Source: the human T2T-CHM13v2.0 reference genome, Homo sapiens. Taken from it: a stretch of 64,000 bases of DNA. The stretch is taken from the NCBI RefSeq assembly GCF_009914755.1, contig NC_060941.1, one strand, 5' to 3'. Below the pieces are notes generated by a model, which made no database searches, was not told the DNA's origin, and saw only the letters and a program-made list of their open reading frames with translations. Position numbers and translations under genes: made by a program. Positions 1 through 15,162 of this stretch are shown here, in pieces (the stretch's first letter is position 1; every line of letters starts with the position of its first letter).

Positions 1-79
1 CAGAGCTGACAGGCTCACCTGTTTTTAAGAAAACATGTTGCCACCTTAAAAATTCCATGATTGTGTTTCCTCTGTTTTC

Positions 80-207
80 TTTTTTTTTTTTTTAGATGGG
101 GTTTTGCCACGTTGCCTAGGCTAGTCTTGAACTCCCGGCCTCAAGCTATCCTCCTGCTTCAGCCTCGAAAGTGCTGGGATGCCAGGCGTGAGCCCCTGCG
201 CCCGCCA
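80..207 (-). mobile_element. Alu left monomer (FLAM-like)
   Basis: Poly-T followed by an antisense left arm only. Confidence 0.75.
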
Positions 208-540
208 TGTTTCCTGTTTTCATCAGTGCAGGGAGTGCACACATGTAATAAGCTAGGAGCCAAGTTAGTGGATGAGCTGGTTTATTGCTCAGGATGACTG
301 AAGTCTCAACTACGGAACCATGTTACATTCGAGCAGCTGAGACAGCAGCTGAAGCCAGGTCCTCCCGAAGCTTCAGGAAGCCTGCTTGATGCTCCACGGC
401 TGAGAGTGACAGAGAATCCAGAATAGCTTATGGATGGGTCAGTTCTCGTCTCACCACACTCCCAATATCCAGCTTCCTGGACTGTTGTGTAGGGAAGAGC
501 CACTTTTTTCAGTTGAAGTCTGAGTTCTTATGGGCCATGA

Positions 541-874
<334 letters not shown>

Positions 875-2245
875 TGCAGGAAGGGAACAGGGAACAAGGC
901 TGGGGAGGGAGGAGCCGACGGCTGCAGCAAGCTCCGGCCTCAGCCTCCCTTCCCTGCTCCTCTGAGATGCCGAGGGCGGGGCGTACTCACTGCAAGCCTG
1001 CCAAGTAGGACCTCCATGTCCTCTGACATTCGAGAGATGGACTTTTTGGCCCTGAGATCACGTCTCCTACTGTGTCGTCATTCTAGCACCTGTGGGTGAC
1101 TTCCTCATGTGAGTGAGGCATAAGCACCCGGAATCCGGACTGGAGGCCGTCTCTGCCTCTGGATTGCACACTGGCCTACAGACCTGGGGACAGAGTCTTT
1201 CACGAGTTGTGTATCGTTTAACAGAAACCCAACAGTTCCACCCAAACCTCCTGACACATTCTCGGGCTTGGGAAGTGTCCCAAAGCACCAAGGGGGTGAG
1301 ACACACGCCTTGAAAAATGGCAGTAGGCATACTTACCTGTCTTCATGCGCTCACATACGAGGTGTACCTAGAACGCCCTCATGTTATATTCCCAGCACTA
1401 ATGAAGCTACTGGTCAACAGCTATTTGTTCCCAAAGAATTTTCCCTTGCGCAGCCGCAGCCTGGAGGAAGCAGGGCGTGTGCCCTCGTCTGCTGGCGGCA
1501 GCAGTGAGGGGTGTAGCCAAGTGCCCACTTCTCTCATTCAGCTGCTTCGGGGCAAACTGGAAAGATCCTTTGAGCTCACAGCCCCCTGCTCAGTGCTACT
1601 CCTGAACCTGCGGGCCTGTGTGCACAGCCACCCACAGCGCGCACAACACATGGGCCTGCCCAGGGCAACGGCACCGTCAACAGCGTGTGCCCTCGCTCAG
1701 GGCCCTCCCGGTACTACGCTTCCCAGTGTGCAGGGTTCCCAGACGTGTGTCCTCTCATACATTGCATTTCCTCCCTAAGCTGCACGGGGCAACACCGTGT
1801 TAGGTCCCGCGCATCTGCTCCTGGGCCACATCCGGCTCCGTCTGTATTGTTCCTGAATTCAGTTTGCTGTCCTAGAACAAGGCAGCAGGAGGGGAGAACA
1901 GCTTTTCAGTGTCTTTAATTAGGCAACAGGAAAAAACAAAGTCTGGCTGAAAATTACTATTTGAAGCTTGGCCGATGCCAACACAGCACTCGCTCCCTGC
2001 GTTCTGGTAAGTGATGGCCATTGATTTCAAGGACGTACCAAGGGGCGAAAAGCAAGAGCAGGAAGTCACCTCGCTCTGGAAAAGAAGCTGGTTTTCATCT
2101 GCTGTATGTGCTGGTCCCAAACATACCCTTTTCTCTTTTTTTAGTATTTTTTTTCCCAATTAGGAATTCAATGTGGAAAACATACCCTTTTTCTTCAACA
2201 GGCTTTTAATGTTGGGAAGACAGGTTAAAAAAAACAACAACAACA

Positions 2246-2530
2246 GGCTGGCTGTGCCGGCGCACGCCTGGAATCCCAGCACTGTGGGAGGCCAAGGCAG
2301 GCAGATCACCTGAGGTCAGGAGTTCGAGACCAGCCTGGCCAACATGGCGAAACCCCGTCTCTACTAAAAATACAAAAATTAGTCAGGCGCGGTGGTGTCG
2401 CTTGTAATCTCAGCTACTTGGGAGACTGAGGCAGGAGAATGGCTTGAACCTGTGAGCTGGGATCGTGCCACTGCACTCTAGCCGGGGCGACAGAGCGAGA
2501 CTCTGTCTCAAAAAAAAAAAAAAAAAAAAA
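2246..2530 (+). mobile_element. Alu (AluS-like, short deletion in the right arm)
   Basis: Alu consensus match with A tail. Confidence 0.9.
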
Positions 2531-3626
2531 CCCTCATCGCTGTTGTGAGGATGAATGGATGGGATCTGGAAGTCACTGTGGTAAACACAAATCTGGGAAC
2601 CACAGAGTGGCGTTTTCACAGCCGCCCCCAGCCTCCACCTGCAGGGCCTGGTTTTCCTGGCTGCCGGAGGAAGCCCTTGAATATGCCACAGCTGGTGCTG
2701 AACCTGCTTCCAATTAGCAACAAGAATCTGAAGGTGGAGCTGCTTGGCGGGGATTATCATGCCACCCACTTCGCCTGCATCTGTGGCCTTTACGACCTCT
2801 CACTATCGATCCCTGACACTCAGAAGTGATTCTTCCCTAACGGTTTCCCGCAAAGCAGTCACTGTATAAACCTGAACCTTTGGAGTAAACCTTCCCCACG
2901 GGTCTTAAGGAAGCTACAGACCCACTCTAAAAGGGGAATTCTGGTGTCAAGAATCCAGTTGCAATGACTTAGGGCAACCCCCTCGCTGGACTTTGTTCCT
3001 CCTGCCCCAAAGGTAAGCAGCTGCTAAGAGAACCCACCTTTCCTCCGAGGCCATCATGATACATGGAGAGAAATCCTGCCACCTCCCACATTCAGGTCGG
3101 CCACATTCATCCCACCCACCCCGACCCCTAAGGGAGACTCTGGCAGCGTTCCCAGAGAAGCCTTGAGCCTGGGACCTGCTGGGTTTAAGAGGCTCCCACA
3201 CTTGGCCCATTCTTCACAAGGAGACCCGTGCGTGATTCCTCCTGTTCTCCCAACCAGCTTTCTCAGGCTTCAGAGGACTCGGCTCCCCTGGAGGGAGGAA
3301 ATGGGCAAGAATGTCCACAGCAAGGTACGCGATCTGAGGATTCACCCTCCGTCCAGGGCCAAGTCAAACCAGGAGAGACGGTGGCCAGGGCTGCAGGAGG
3401 GATCTGCCTCTGCCACGGTCATCCAAATGAGCTTCCTGGCTGCCGGAAGCCAAGAGGATGTGACAGATGCTACATCCTGGGGGTCTCAAAACTCCTGGGA
3501 CTCAGCTCCCAGCTACCAGGTATCCTCCACTGCCCACCCCGATAGAGCACAGGACCACAAGCAAAAACAACTTTTGTGATCAAGGACAGCAGAGGCCCAG
3601 GGTGGATGAGGTCCAGAGATGCCTGC

Positions 3627-3632
3627 TTTATT
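3627..3632 (-). terminator. Polyadenylation signal AATAAA of NXN
   Basis: tttatt on the plus strand, ~1.58 kb past the stop codon. Confidence 0.8.
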
Positions 3633-4064
3633 TCCTACGGGGTGATCGCATTTCAGGCTGGTAACATCACATAACAAGTCTAATCGCCAACTAGTTGTAC
3701 GCCTCTGAACTACAAGTCAACAATCCAATTCAGCAAGGAACAACAGTGTCAACAGCTCATTAGCGGGTGGGGACCGGATTTTCCAAATCAATGGTCTTGG
3801 CTGGCAGAGTGCTGAGTGGGGCCTGAGTGAATGAGGCTAAAACGCTTGGCCGAAGCCGTCCATCCCCAATCCTGAGAACAGAGTTGTCTGTTTCTCTTTC
3901 GGGGGTCAGGTCAGCCCAAGTAAGAGGCCAACAACCTACCTGGGCCGATACAAGGCGACACAAGGCCCACCCGTGGCTGACGCGCCCTCCACCCTCACTC
4001 CATCCCGGGGCACAGCTCCTTCCGCTGGTGCTTAGGAAAAGGCGAGGCTTCTGGTAATTTCTCA

Positions 4065-4433
<369 letters not shown>

Positions 4434-5210
4434 TCAGCAGAGATCAGGGGCCTTGGGCACAGAGCTGGGTGGAGCGAGAGGTCCGTGCTGGTGCAGAGGT
4501 GCTCCTCCTAGGACTCAGGGCTAAGTTTCTTGGGAAGATGTCCAAAGAGAAGGATTCGTTAACAGAATTTCAGGATCGTGGGAGCTGTTTGTATGATATG
4601 AACCATTACCTTAGCTACATTTTTCTTCTCACCCAAAAAACCTCTACAAGCTTCCTTTTGCATTTGGAGATCCCCTGCCTGAGAACACAAGAGTGGGCTG
4701 CTTTTCTCTCAGACCGAGGAAGACTGTGTTGCTTAGAAAAGGACGTCCTCACCCGCAGCTCTAAGCGGAGGCCCTTTCTCAGCTCAGCCTCCACGCAGGT
4801 GTCACCCGGCGGTTCCCCTCTGGCCGTCCGGGGCCGTGTGTGCCGACGTCAGAGTCAGAGCCCGAGCGGGACCCACCGGCCCTCCACGCTCACTCTGCCC
4901 AGGACACCCTGGCAGATCCTTCACCAAAAGCTAGTGACTTTGCGAAAGCCATGCAGCCCCGCTCTGGCCGGGCCCCCGGCCATCCCGTGCTCCCAAACAG
5001 AGTCTCCAAACACGGTGGACTCTGCCGCTGCTGATTCCACACCCCAGGGTGCTGGCTGAGGAGTTTACTGCAGAAACAAGGCACCACAGAGAGGCTGGAC
5101 ACTTGGGTGGTGGGATTCGGGGCACGCTGGGTAAGTCCAAGGGCGGAAGGAAGGAGGGGGAGGAGGAGAAGGCTGAGTTTTAAATAACGTCTCAGGAGGC
5201 CGGAGCCACG

Positions 5211-5393
5211 CTAGATGGGCTCCGGTTTGAGCTTCTCTGCTAGGAAGTCATTCACAAAGGCCTCCACGATGGCGGGGGTGATCTCCTCCACGTCCATCAC
5301 GTACTTGGCCCGGGCTGACATGTCCAGGATGGTGAGCAAAGGGGCAGCCTCAGGCAGGTTGGTGTAATCTCGCAGGGAGTCAGTCATGTCATC
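5211..5393 (-). CDS. NXN: NXN exon 8 coding part (183 nt including TAG): DDMTDSLRDYTNLPEAAPLLTILDMSARAKYVMDVEEITPAIVEAFVNDFLAEKLKPEPI*
   Basis: Acceptor ctcctcctgacggcttcag|GATGAC; stop TAG reads cta at 5211-5213 on the plus strand. Confidence 0.97.
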   Translation of the reverse strand, partial: DDMTDSLRDYTNLPEAAPLLTILDMSARAKYVMDVEEITPAIVEAFVNDFLAEKLKPEPI

Positions 5394-5618
5394 CTGAAGC
5401 CGTCAGGAGGGAGAGAAAACCAAGAAGTTTTAAAGAAAGGAGGGGGAGAGTCCCCTGGGCCCAGTCTCCCCAGGTGTGGTAGCTCCCGCACCCTGAAGAG
5501 CCGGCGTTTCCCAAGCAGAGGGCTCCCAGCCTGGGAAGGAGGGAACCCTGCCCTGCCTTCCGGAGGAAGGGGCTGCTTTGTAAAATTCTCTCTTTGCATC
5601 CGCCCTGCAAACCACTAG

Positions 5619-6015
<397 letters not shown>

Positions 6016-6380
6016 TAGCCTCTGATTGTTTATTTTTGTAACCAACTGTCAATGATTTGCAGCCCCACTGTGGGTTATCTGAGGCCAATCTGGACTTCAA
6101 CTCTGGAATGTTTTTAAACAGAGACAGCTCGCTGTGTTCCAACTCCCACCCCTGTGGTTTCAGGCAGGACAGGAGCTGCACAGCCAGCCAGTTCAGAAGA
6201 CAGCGCTGCTTAAGCACTGTGGAAGCTTACGCTGCCTCACTACTTATCTGAGAAAGAAGCTGGCACTTTATCCTACATTCCCAGCAGCTGTCCTGGTGAA
6301 TTTCCCTAATAGCAGACATAGCCTCATGCAGACACCAAGGCAAACACAGAAATCCAAAGACAAGGAGAAAGGATTTGTAA

Positions 6381-6719
<339 letters not shown>

Positions 6720-7943
6720 TGAAATATGCGGCTCTGTGCCTGGCGTACAGAAAACCTGCAAATGCTCCTTCCAGACTTGACACCTCTCAAGGCCGCCCCC
6801 GCCCGTGCCCGGCCCCTGCTGTGCTGCAGCCATCTTTTCTCAGAGCCATTCTGCAGGGGTTGGAGTCACTGCATGCCGCGCAGCCTCCCTGGGGCTGGGC
6901 TTGGTGTGCAGTGGCCAGTGCCACCCCGAGGCAGGGCCTGTGAACCTCTTTGCTCCCCTCCACCCCCGGGCTGAGCAGGTGACTGGAGCCGCCTGGGAAG
7001 GACCCAGGTGCTGGGCTGGGCAGGGCCGGGGGCTGAGGTGATGAATGGGTGGCACAGGGTGTCTGGCTGCCGCCTGCCTCCTCCGTGCCTCTCCTGGGAT
7101 CCAAACACAGCGTGAAATCAGCACAGGGCTCTGACCAACTGGAGGTACAGATGGGTGGATGGAGGGCAGGGGGCGGCCTCCAAAACTGTCTGTCAGTCAG
7201 TGGGGTGGGGTGGGGTGGGGAGGTGGCAGCGCAGGCATGGAGGAGGCTCCTGGGTTGGAGGAGCTCAAGAATGAGAGCCTGCACCTGTGCTGAGTCGCGG
7301 AGACGCCCGTCTGCAGGGTGCAGGGTGCAGGGTTCCAGGCCCTGGATAACTGGGTACCTGTGGGAGGGCGCTCTGCTGAAAGCCCCACTTTCCCACCCTG
7401 TGAAGAGTCTCCTGCCTGGTCCAGCCCCGCTGGAGACCTCAAAGGGACAGCCTGGGTGAAACAGACGGGGAGCGGCAGCAATTTCCAACCTCAGCACTCA
7501 CCGGGCCGGCTGGGTGACCGCAGGTATAAGCAGTAGCCCCAGCCAGGATCCCTCTGATGAGATCGGCCCACTGCAGCCAGCGCGGAGGCACGAACCCAGC
7601 ATTTTGTAAAGACTCAAGGGCCTGGTTGTGACCCAGGAGGTGTGGATCACACTTTGCAGCCACGGCCACTCTCCCCAGCCGCTCAGGCGGGAAGCAGCCT
7701 GGGGACGGCTCCCTGCTGACCTGAGGCTGCCGAGCATGGACGGGAAGAGGAAGCAGCAGGGGAGGGAATGGTTTTCCATGGCGAATGGCTACCTTTCCTT
7801 GCCACATTTGTCTGTGGGCTCTCTCAGAAGCACAGGCAGCCCTGACCCTGGGGTCCTTTCAGGCAACCCTGGGGCCAGGATCAGTCCTGTGCCAGAAGTC
7901 CCAGCTGAGCCAGCCCTGGGCCAAGCCTCTCCTCCGCACTCAC

Positions 7944-8068
7944 CTCCCCGGCTACGAAGAACAGAAGGGGTGCCTCCTCCTCTTTGGCTTTGTACTTGGC
8001 AATGATTTTCTCAGCTATCGGCTGAATCAGCTGCTTGGCCGCCTCGGACTCTCCGTCATCCTCAGAAT
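7944..8068 (-). CDS. NXN: NXN exon 7 (125 nt, phase 1-0): (D)SEDDGESEAAKQLIQPIAEKIIAKYKAKEEEAPLLFFVAGE
   Basis: Acceptor acccaatcacag|ATTCTG and donor GGGGAG|gtgagt; peptide is inside ORF 7881..8285. Confidence 0.97.
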
Positions 8069-8500
8069 CTGTGATTGGGTCGGGGGTAGAAAAAGACGGG
8101 GAGAAAAAGCACTGGCTTGTCAAACAGAGCGGCACCCGCCGAGGGGGCCTGAGCTGCAGAAACGCCCGCCTGAGCGGCCCCTGAACGGAAATGAACTTCC
8201 CCTTGGATGCAGGTCTTGCTCCCCGCATGCATGGGTGTGTGTGCACATGCGTCCCAGCAGCAAAGCTCACAGTGCTCTCCTGCACCGGGCTCCCCAGGAG
8301 GAACCTGCCTCACTGAGCAGCTCTGCTCTCCCAGGTAGACAGTCTTCCCATTGAATTCCTCACAAACCCGCCTGGGAGGCTGAGCTTCCCCTAAGCCAGG
8401 ACCTGAGGCGCCTGCTAGTGTTTCTCTCAGCCACAGAATGAGAAGCCATGACCTCCGACCTCCGACTTCCCAGTGAAAATGGCAGAAGAACTGGTGGTGA

Positions 8501-8980
<480 letters not shown>

Positions 8981-9329
8981 TGAGCCTCGGCCAGAGGGGC
9001 CCAGCCCCTGCAGCTGCCGTGTGTGCCACCCGCCCTTTCCAACAATGGGTCTGCGCATGGGGGCCCCGAGGGCATCCTCCCGGCCTGACCTATTCTGCCC
9101 AGCTGGCAGCTGGGGAGCAGCTAGGAGGGAAAGTGCAGCTGCAGCTCCCACAGGGGCCAGCCATGAATAAATCATTGGGGTCAAAAGCAAGGCTTCAGGG
9201 AGAGACAAAGGCCCAGGCTTGCACTGCTGGTGACAGAGAGAAGCGGCAGGGACAGGCTCCTCCCAAGTGAGGCCCCTCCTGTCCCGCCCCCCAGCCACCC
9301 CTCGCCCCCTGCCCCCGTGAGCTTCATAC

Positions 9330-9509
9330 CTACAAAAAGGACGAGGCAGGGGCCCTCGTTAAGCTGCGCGGCGTTGGAGTCGGAGAGCTCCAGCACGGGC
9401 TTGGGGTGCCAGGGGAACTCCCGGCAGTCCTCGTCGTTCAGCACCTCCACCCGCCCCTGCCGCGTGATCACCTCGCCCTGCGGGTCCAGCATGATGAGCG
9501 TGGGGATGC
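9330..9509 (-). CDS. NXN: NXN exon 6 (180 nt, phase 1-1): (G)IPTLIMLDPQGEVITRQGRVEVLNDEDCREFPWHPKPVLELSDSNAAQLNEGPCLVLFV(D)
   Basis: Acceptor cttccctgcag|GCATCC and donor TTTGTAG|gtatga; peptide is inside ORF 9181..9618. Confidence 0.97.
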
Positions 9510-9851
9510 CTGCAGGGAAGAGGGGGTGCTTGGCCGCTGGCCCGGGAGATGCTGGCCCTGCCTGGCAGGAGGCTCGCGGGGTCCAGCCCGGGGTCCCCCC
9601 GACCGTGGTGGAGCCCACCGAGGACCTGGTACAGGCTCACAATGAAGAGGCCAGGTCTAAAGTCACAAAGCCTGGGGAGAATCCAGGCCTGGCCAGGGGG
9701 AGCCATGGAACCCCCTCGGGTCAGCCTGTAACCTGTCACCTTCGCCTTTCAGGGCCTCAGGATCCTCAGCTGCAGCCTGATGAGTGTGTTGTCGTTCCTA
9801 CCTTATTCCGCTACAGAAAGATCAATGAGTTCATGCGGTTAAAGAACTTAG

Positions 9852-10120
<269 letters not shown>

Positions 10121-10368
10121 AAGAACTTAGCACAGGGTCATGGCGCATCGGAGCAATCACTCACTGCTGGTCTCCCAAAGACACAGAAGACCTTCCCCAG
10201 CTGCTGGGGGTCAAACACGGAACAGGCAGTGCAGTGACCACACGGCGGACTTGCTGTGGCCACCGATGCAAGACGGGTCCTCGCCCGGCCACAGTGAGCG
10301 CAGGGCCAGTGCCGCCGGGGGGAACCTGAGGCTGGCCGCACCGGAGACTCGAAGAGGAGGACAGCTGA

Positions 10369-10599
10369 CTGCAGCCCCCGCCGTCTGCACCCCAGCCCTC
10401 CCCGCTCCCCAGGGCTGCAGCCCCCGCCGTCTGCACCCCAGCACAACCCCCTCCCCAGGGCTGCAGCCCCCGCCGTCTGCACCCCAGCACAACCCCCTCC
10501 CCAGGGCTGCAGCCCCCGCCGTCTGCACCCCAGCTCCCCCCTTCCCCAGGGCTGCAGCCCCCGCCGTCTGCACCCCAGCTCCCCCCTTCCCCAGGGCTG
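10369..10599. repeat. 45-46 bp GC-rich minisatellite, ~5 copies
   Basis: ctgcagcccccgccgtctgcaccccagc...ccccaggg starts at 10369, 10415, 10461, 10507 and 10552. Confidence 0.95.
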
Positions 10600-11167
10600 G
10601 GGAAGAAAAGTAACAGAAAGCTTGCCTGCAAACCAGAAACCGCGCAACCCCAGCCAAAAAGCCTTCAATGAAAACTCAGAGAAAGCCCCACTCTGGTCAA
10701 GGTGCACGTGGGTTTTCTGTGTCTCTGTTCTTTTTACCCCACTCCCCGCAGCCTCTCCTCCAGCCAGGGCTACAGGCCCCCACCCACGGCCCACCCTTCG
10801 GGGACCTTTGTCTCTCCACTGGCAGCCGCTCCCCCCACACCCTGCACGTTCCAGACGCCTCTCCTCCTGGGCTGCCCAGAGCCTGAATTTTATGTGAAAG
10901 TCAGAGCAATTTAATATTTATAGATTCCCAAGGATTCGGTCAGTAATTTGCTCCGCTGACATTCTCCTTCCCTGTCGGGGGGATGCCGAGGTACCAGACA
11001 TATGGCCCTCGTGTTTCGTACCCTGCTGCGGCCACCAGCACCGCGGGCGTGCCTGCCTTCGAAAGGAATCAACGAATCCATTATGTTCACACCTATGAGA
11101 CAAAGTGGCTGATGTATCAGGGAGTGGGTCCAGAGAGAACAGGCTCTTGAGAACAGCCACTCCGACA

Positions 11168-11178
11168 TCACACACACT

Positions 11179-11209
<31 letters not shown>

Positions 11210-11228
11210 GCACGCGCCCACACACACA
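11168..11228. repeat. (CA)n microsatellite
   Basis: Read directly. Confidence 0.95.
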
Positions 11229-12559
11229 TGCGGCCGGCTCTCACTGGGGATTTTCGGGTGTGCTCAGCGTGGACAGTGCCCGAGGAGCTGTGTGTGCTGC
11301 CGCACAAGAAACCTGGGCATTTCCAGCCACATCCTCAGGCTGCATTTTATCCCCTGAGGCCGGGGTCCATGCCCGCTGTGTCCATCCATGAGGCTCGGGG
11401 GCTGGTCTCGAGGCTGCAGCCCAAAGGGAATCCGGGCCAGGGACCACCACAGGGACAGCTGGCCGCACAGGAGCCCCTCCACATCACCACACACCCTTCT
11501 CAAAATCCCCCCGGCAAGGTCCTTCCTCAGAGTAGGGTGTTTCTGAAATTGGGCAATTATGAGCACTGGGGTAAACCAGAGCCCCTGCTGCTGTGACAGG
11601 CCCCGCGGCCAGCCTGCGTGTGCCCCGGCGTGGGATGCCGAGTGGGTCTGTGGAAGAGAGGCAGGCACGGGGGACGGGGAGGGAGGAGAAGCCAACCTGA
11701 AGGCAAAGCTGCCCATTTCCCGGCTCAGCGCCTGGGGCTCTCCGAGGGCCTCCTCCGAGCGGCCTTTTTCCTGACTGTGGCTGCAGCCTCTTTTGAGTCC
11801 GTGCCTGCGGGGCCCAGGACAGCATGGCGAGGACACGGAGCCCCCACCTGGCTTCTGAGGAGCACTCAGGGGCTCCCCCGAGGAACGGCTCCTCCTAAGA
11901 CGAGGTGTGCCGGGACGGGCCGTGTTGGGCCGCGTGACTGTCTGCATAAGCAGAAACCAACTTGGGCCCAAGGAAGCCACTCGTGTTCGGCCCCTGCACG
12001 GGGGAAAGCACCCATGTCTGCTGTGCCAGGCTGCCTCCCCTCAGCTGGTCCTGACGAGCTTGGCCTACAGCCATGACGAGTGCACATCCCTCCAAAGGTG
12101 AACCAGGGGCGGGAAACGGAACTGGCTTCTGCGGCCGTCTGCCCTGTGCTAGGCACGGCACAGATGGCACTGGCTAATCCTTATCACAGATGGGGCGGGC
12201 AGCATCAGGATCCCCCTAACAGATGGTCAAGGTGACCCCCAGGTCACCCAGCCAGGCAGTGGTTACAGTAGGGATGGGGGTCACCCAGCCAGGCAGTGGT
12301 TACACTGGGGACAGGACCCTGATCCACCTGTTGCAGAAGCTGCTGCTCTTCCTGCCAGGCCGTGGACGCTTCTGGGGTCCTCACAGCACCTGCGATGGGG
12401 ACTGTCTTAACCAGGGCGGGGAAGTCCTGTACCTGCAGCTTTCTGCACCACCCACCTCCCTCTGCTCCTGGGGGAGAAGGCTGAGACCACAGCCACCATT
12501 TCCCTTTCTCCCCCTTCACACACGCCCTGTTCCCCCAGCCCTTGAAGCAGGTTCTCTGA

Positions 12560-13238
<679 letters not shown>

Positions 13239-14070
13239 ATTATATTCTTTTAATCACCCCTAAACTGATTATTTGGCTCGTGAGAAGGCAGACATACGGA
13301 AAACTGGGAGCTTGCTCTAGTGAGATCAACAGAGTCCTCCGTGATGGGCTGGAAGAAGTTAGCTAAAGAAGCAGAAAGCAGAGACACTGTCAAGACCGTG
13401 GTGAGGGTTCCGGCAACAGTGTGATGTCTGCCAAGGGTGGGGTTGGCGTGCTTTTGCTTCCACCATCCCAAGCTACACTCCTGGGCTTGGAACACGGACT
13501 CTAAGTTCCTAGAGAGGGCGCAGCCCTGAGTCCCCTGCTCTGTGACATGAGTGGCGCCTACAGACCCCTTTCACCGTCTCCCTCAAAACACACAGAAGAG
13601 TCAACTCCAAACTCTCTTCTCCAAGGAGGAGCCTAGTTGCAAGTATTTAAAACCATCTCAAAGCCAGGTGCGCCGAGACTGTCCCACGGTTTAGTCTGGT
13701 GACTTTTCCACTGCCAACGAGACACGGAGTTTTGAAGCAGGTGGGGGCTGGGGCAAGGAAGCTGAAGGGGTCCAGGACCCTGGGAGGCAGAGAGGAGCGG
13801 GCAGGGCTGTGACCCAGCCTTCTCTGCATCTGGATGGCAACGTGATCTGAGGCAGCCAGGAGGAATTACCCAAAGATTGCTGGGAGCTGGGAGGAGCAAT
13901 GGAAGGAAAAGCAGGTTCTAGGACAGAAAGAGCTGGTGAGGACGCACCAGCAGGCAAAATATTAAGTGATCATGAAAATGGTCCTTACAAAGACCATAGC
14001 GACACGGCAAATTTTTGCGCCACACTGTTTAGTAAAAACTGCCGAGCGCACAGTGCCGTGTGCATGTGAC

Positions 14071-14628
14071 GAGTCCGTGTGAGCGGCGGGCACCTTACGA
14101 GCCAGTGCGAGCGGCGGGCACCTTACGAGTCAGTGTGAGTGGCGTGTACGTTAAGAGTCCCTGTGAGTGCCGTGCACGTTAAGAGTCCGTGTGAGTGGCG
14201 TGTACGTTACGAGTCTGTGTGAGTGGCGTGTACGTTACGAGTCTGTGAGTGGCGTGTACGTTACGAGTCTGTGAGTGGCGTGCACGTTAAGAGTCCGTGT
14301 GAGTGGCGTGCACGTTACGAGTCCCTGTGAGTGGCGTGCACGTTACGAGTCCGTGTGAGTGGCGTGCACGTTACGAGTCCGTGTGAGTGGCGTGCACGTT
14401 ACGAGTCTGTGACTGGCGTGCACGTTACGAGTCTGTGACTGGCGTGCATGTTACGAGTCTGTGAGTGGCGTGCACGTTACGAGTCCGTGTGAGTGGCGTG
14501 CACGTTACGAGTCTGTGAGTGGCGTGCACGTTACGAGTCTGTGAGTGGCGTGCACGTTACGAGTCTGTGAGTGGTGTGCACGTTACGAGTGCATGTGAGT
14601 GGCGTGTACGTTAAGAGTCCGTGTGAGT
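14071..14628. repeat. 26/28-bp CpG-rich minisatellite, ~20 copies (gagtccgtgtgagtggcgtgcacgttac)
   Basis: Tandem units read directly; two length variants. Confidence 0.96.
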
Positions 14629-14869
14629 TGCTGCTGAGGCAGGAATGTGGGTGGGATGACAGCGAGATATCTATGTCTAGTTACGTTTTCTTTAACGGCA
14701 GCCTATTTAGCTCGTTAACATCAGATGAAAATCAGAACTGAAAGGCCGTGGGGGTGAGATGGGATGACAAACACCAACCAATGCCCAGAATCTGTTCCTC
14801 GGATCCTTCCGTTCCTCCCTCCTCCCGGCTCCCCCAAAACACTCCCCTGCTTAGAGAGTTAAGGAAAGG

Positions 14870-15162
14870 AGCCGGGCACGGTGGCTCACACCTGTAATCC
14901 TGGCACTTTGGAAGCCTGAGGCAGGTGGATCCCCTGAGGTCAGGAGGTGGAGACCAGCCTGACCAACATGGTGAAACCCCGTCTCTACTAAAAATACAAA
15001 ATTAGCTGGGCGTGGTAGCGCACCCCTGTACTCCCAGCTACTCAGGAGGCTGAAGCAGGAGAATCGCTTGAACGCGGGAGGCAGAGCTTGCAGTGAGCGG
15101 AGATCTTGCCACTGCACTCCAGCCTGGGCGACAGAGCGAGACTCTGCCTCAAAAAAAAAAAA
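14870..15162 (+). mobile_element. Alu
   Basis: Full dimeric Alu. Confidence 0.9.

Noticed and set aside
1914-1919. Minus-strand ATTAAA as a distal NXN poly(A) site
   Set aside because: Hexamer only; expected by chance and not testable without 3'-end data.
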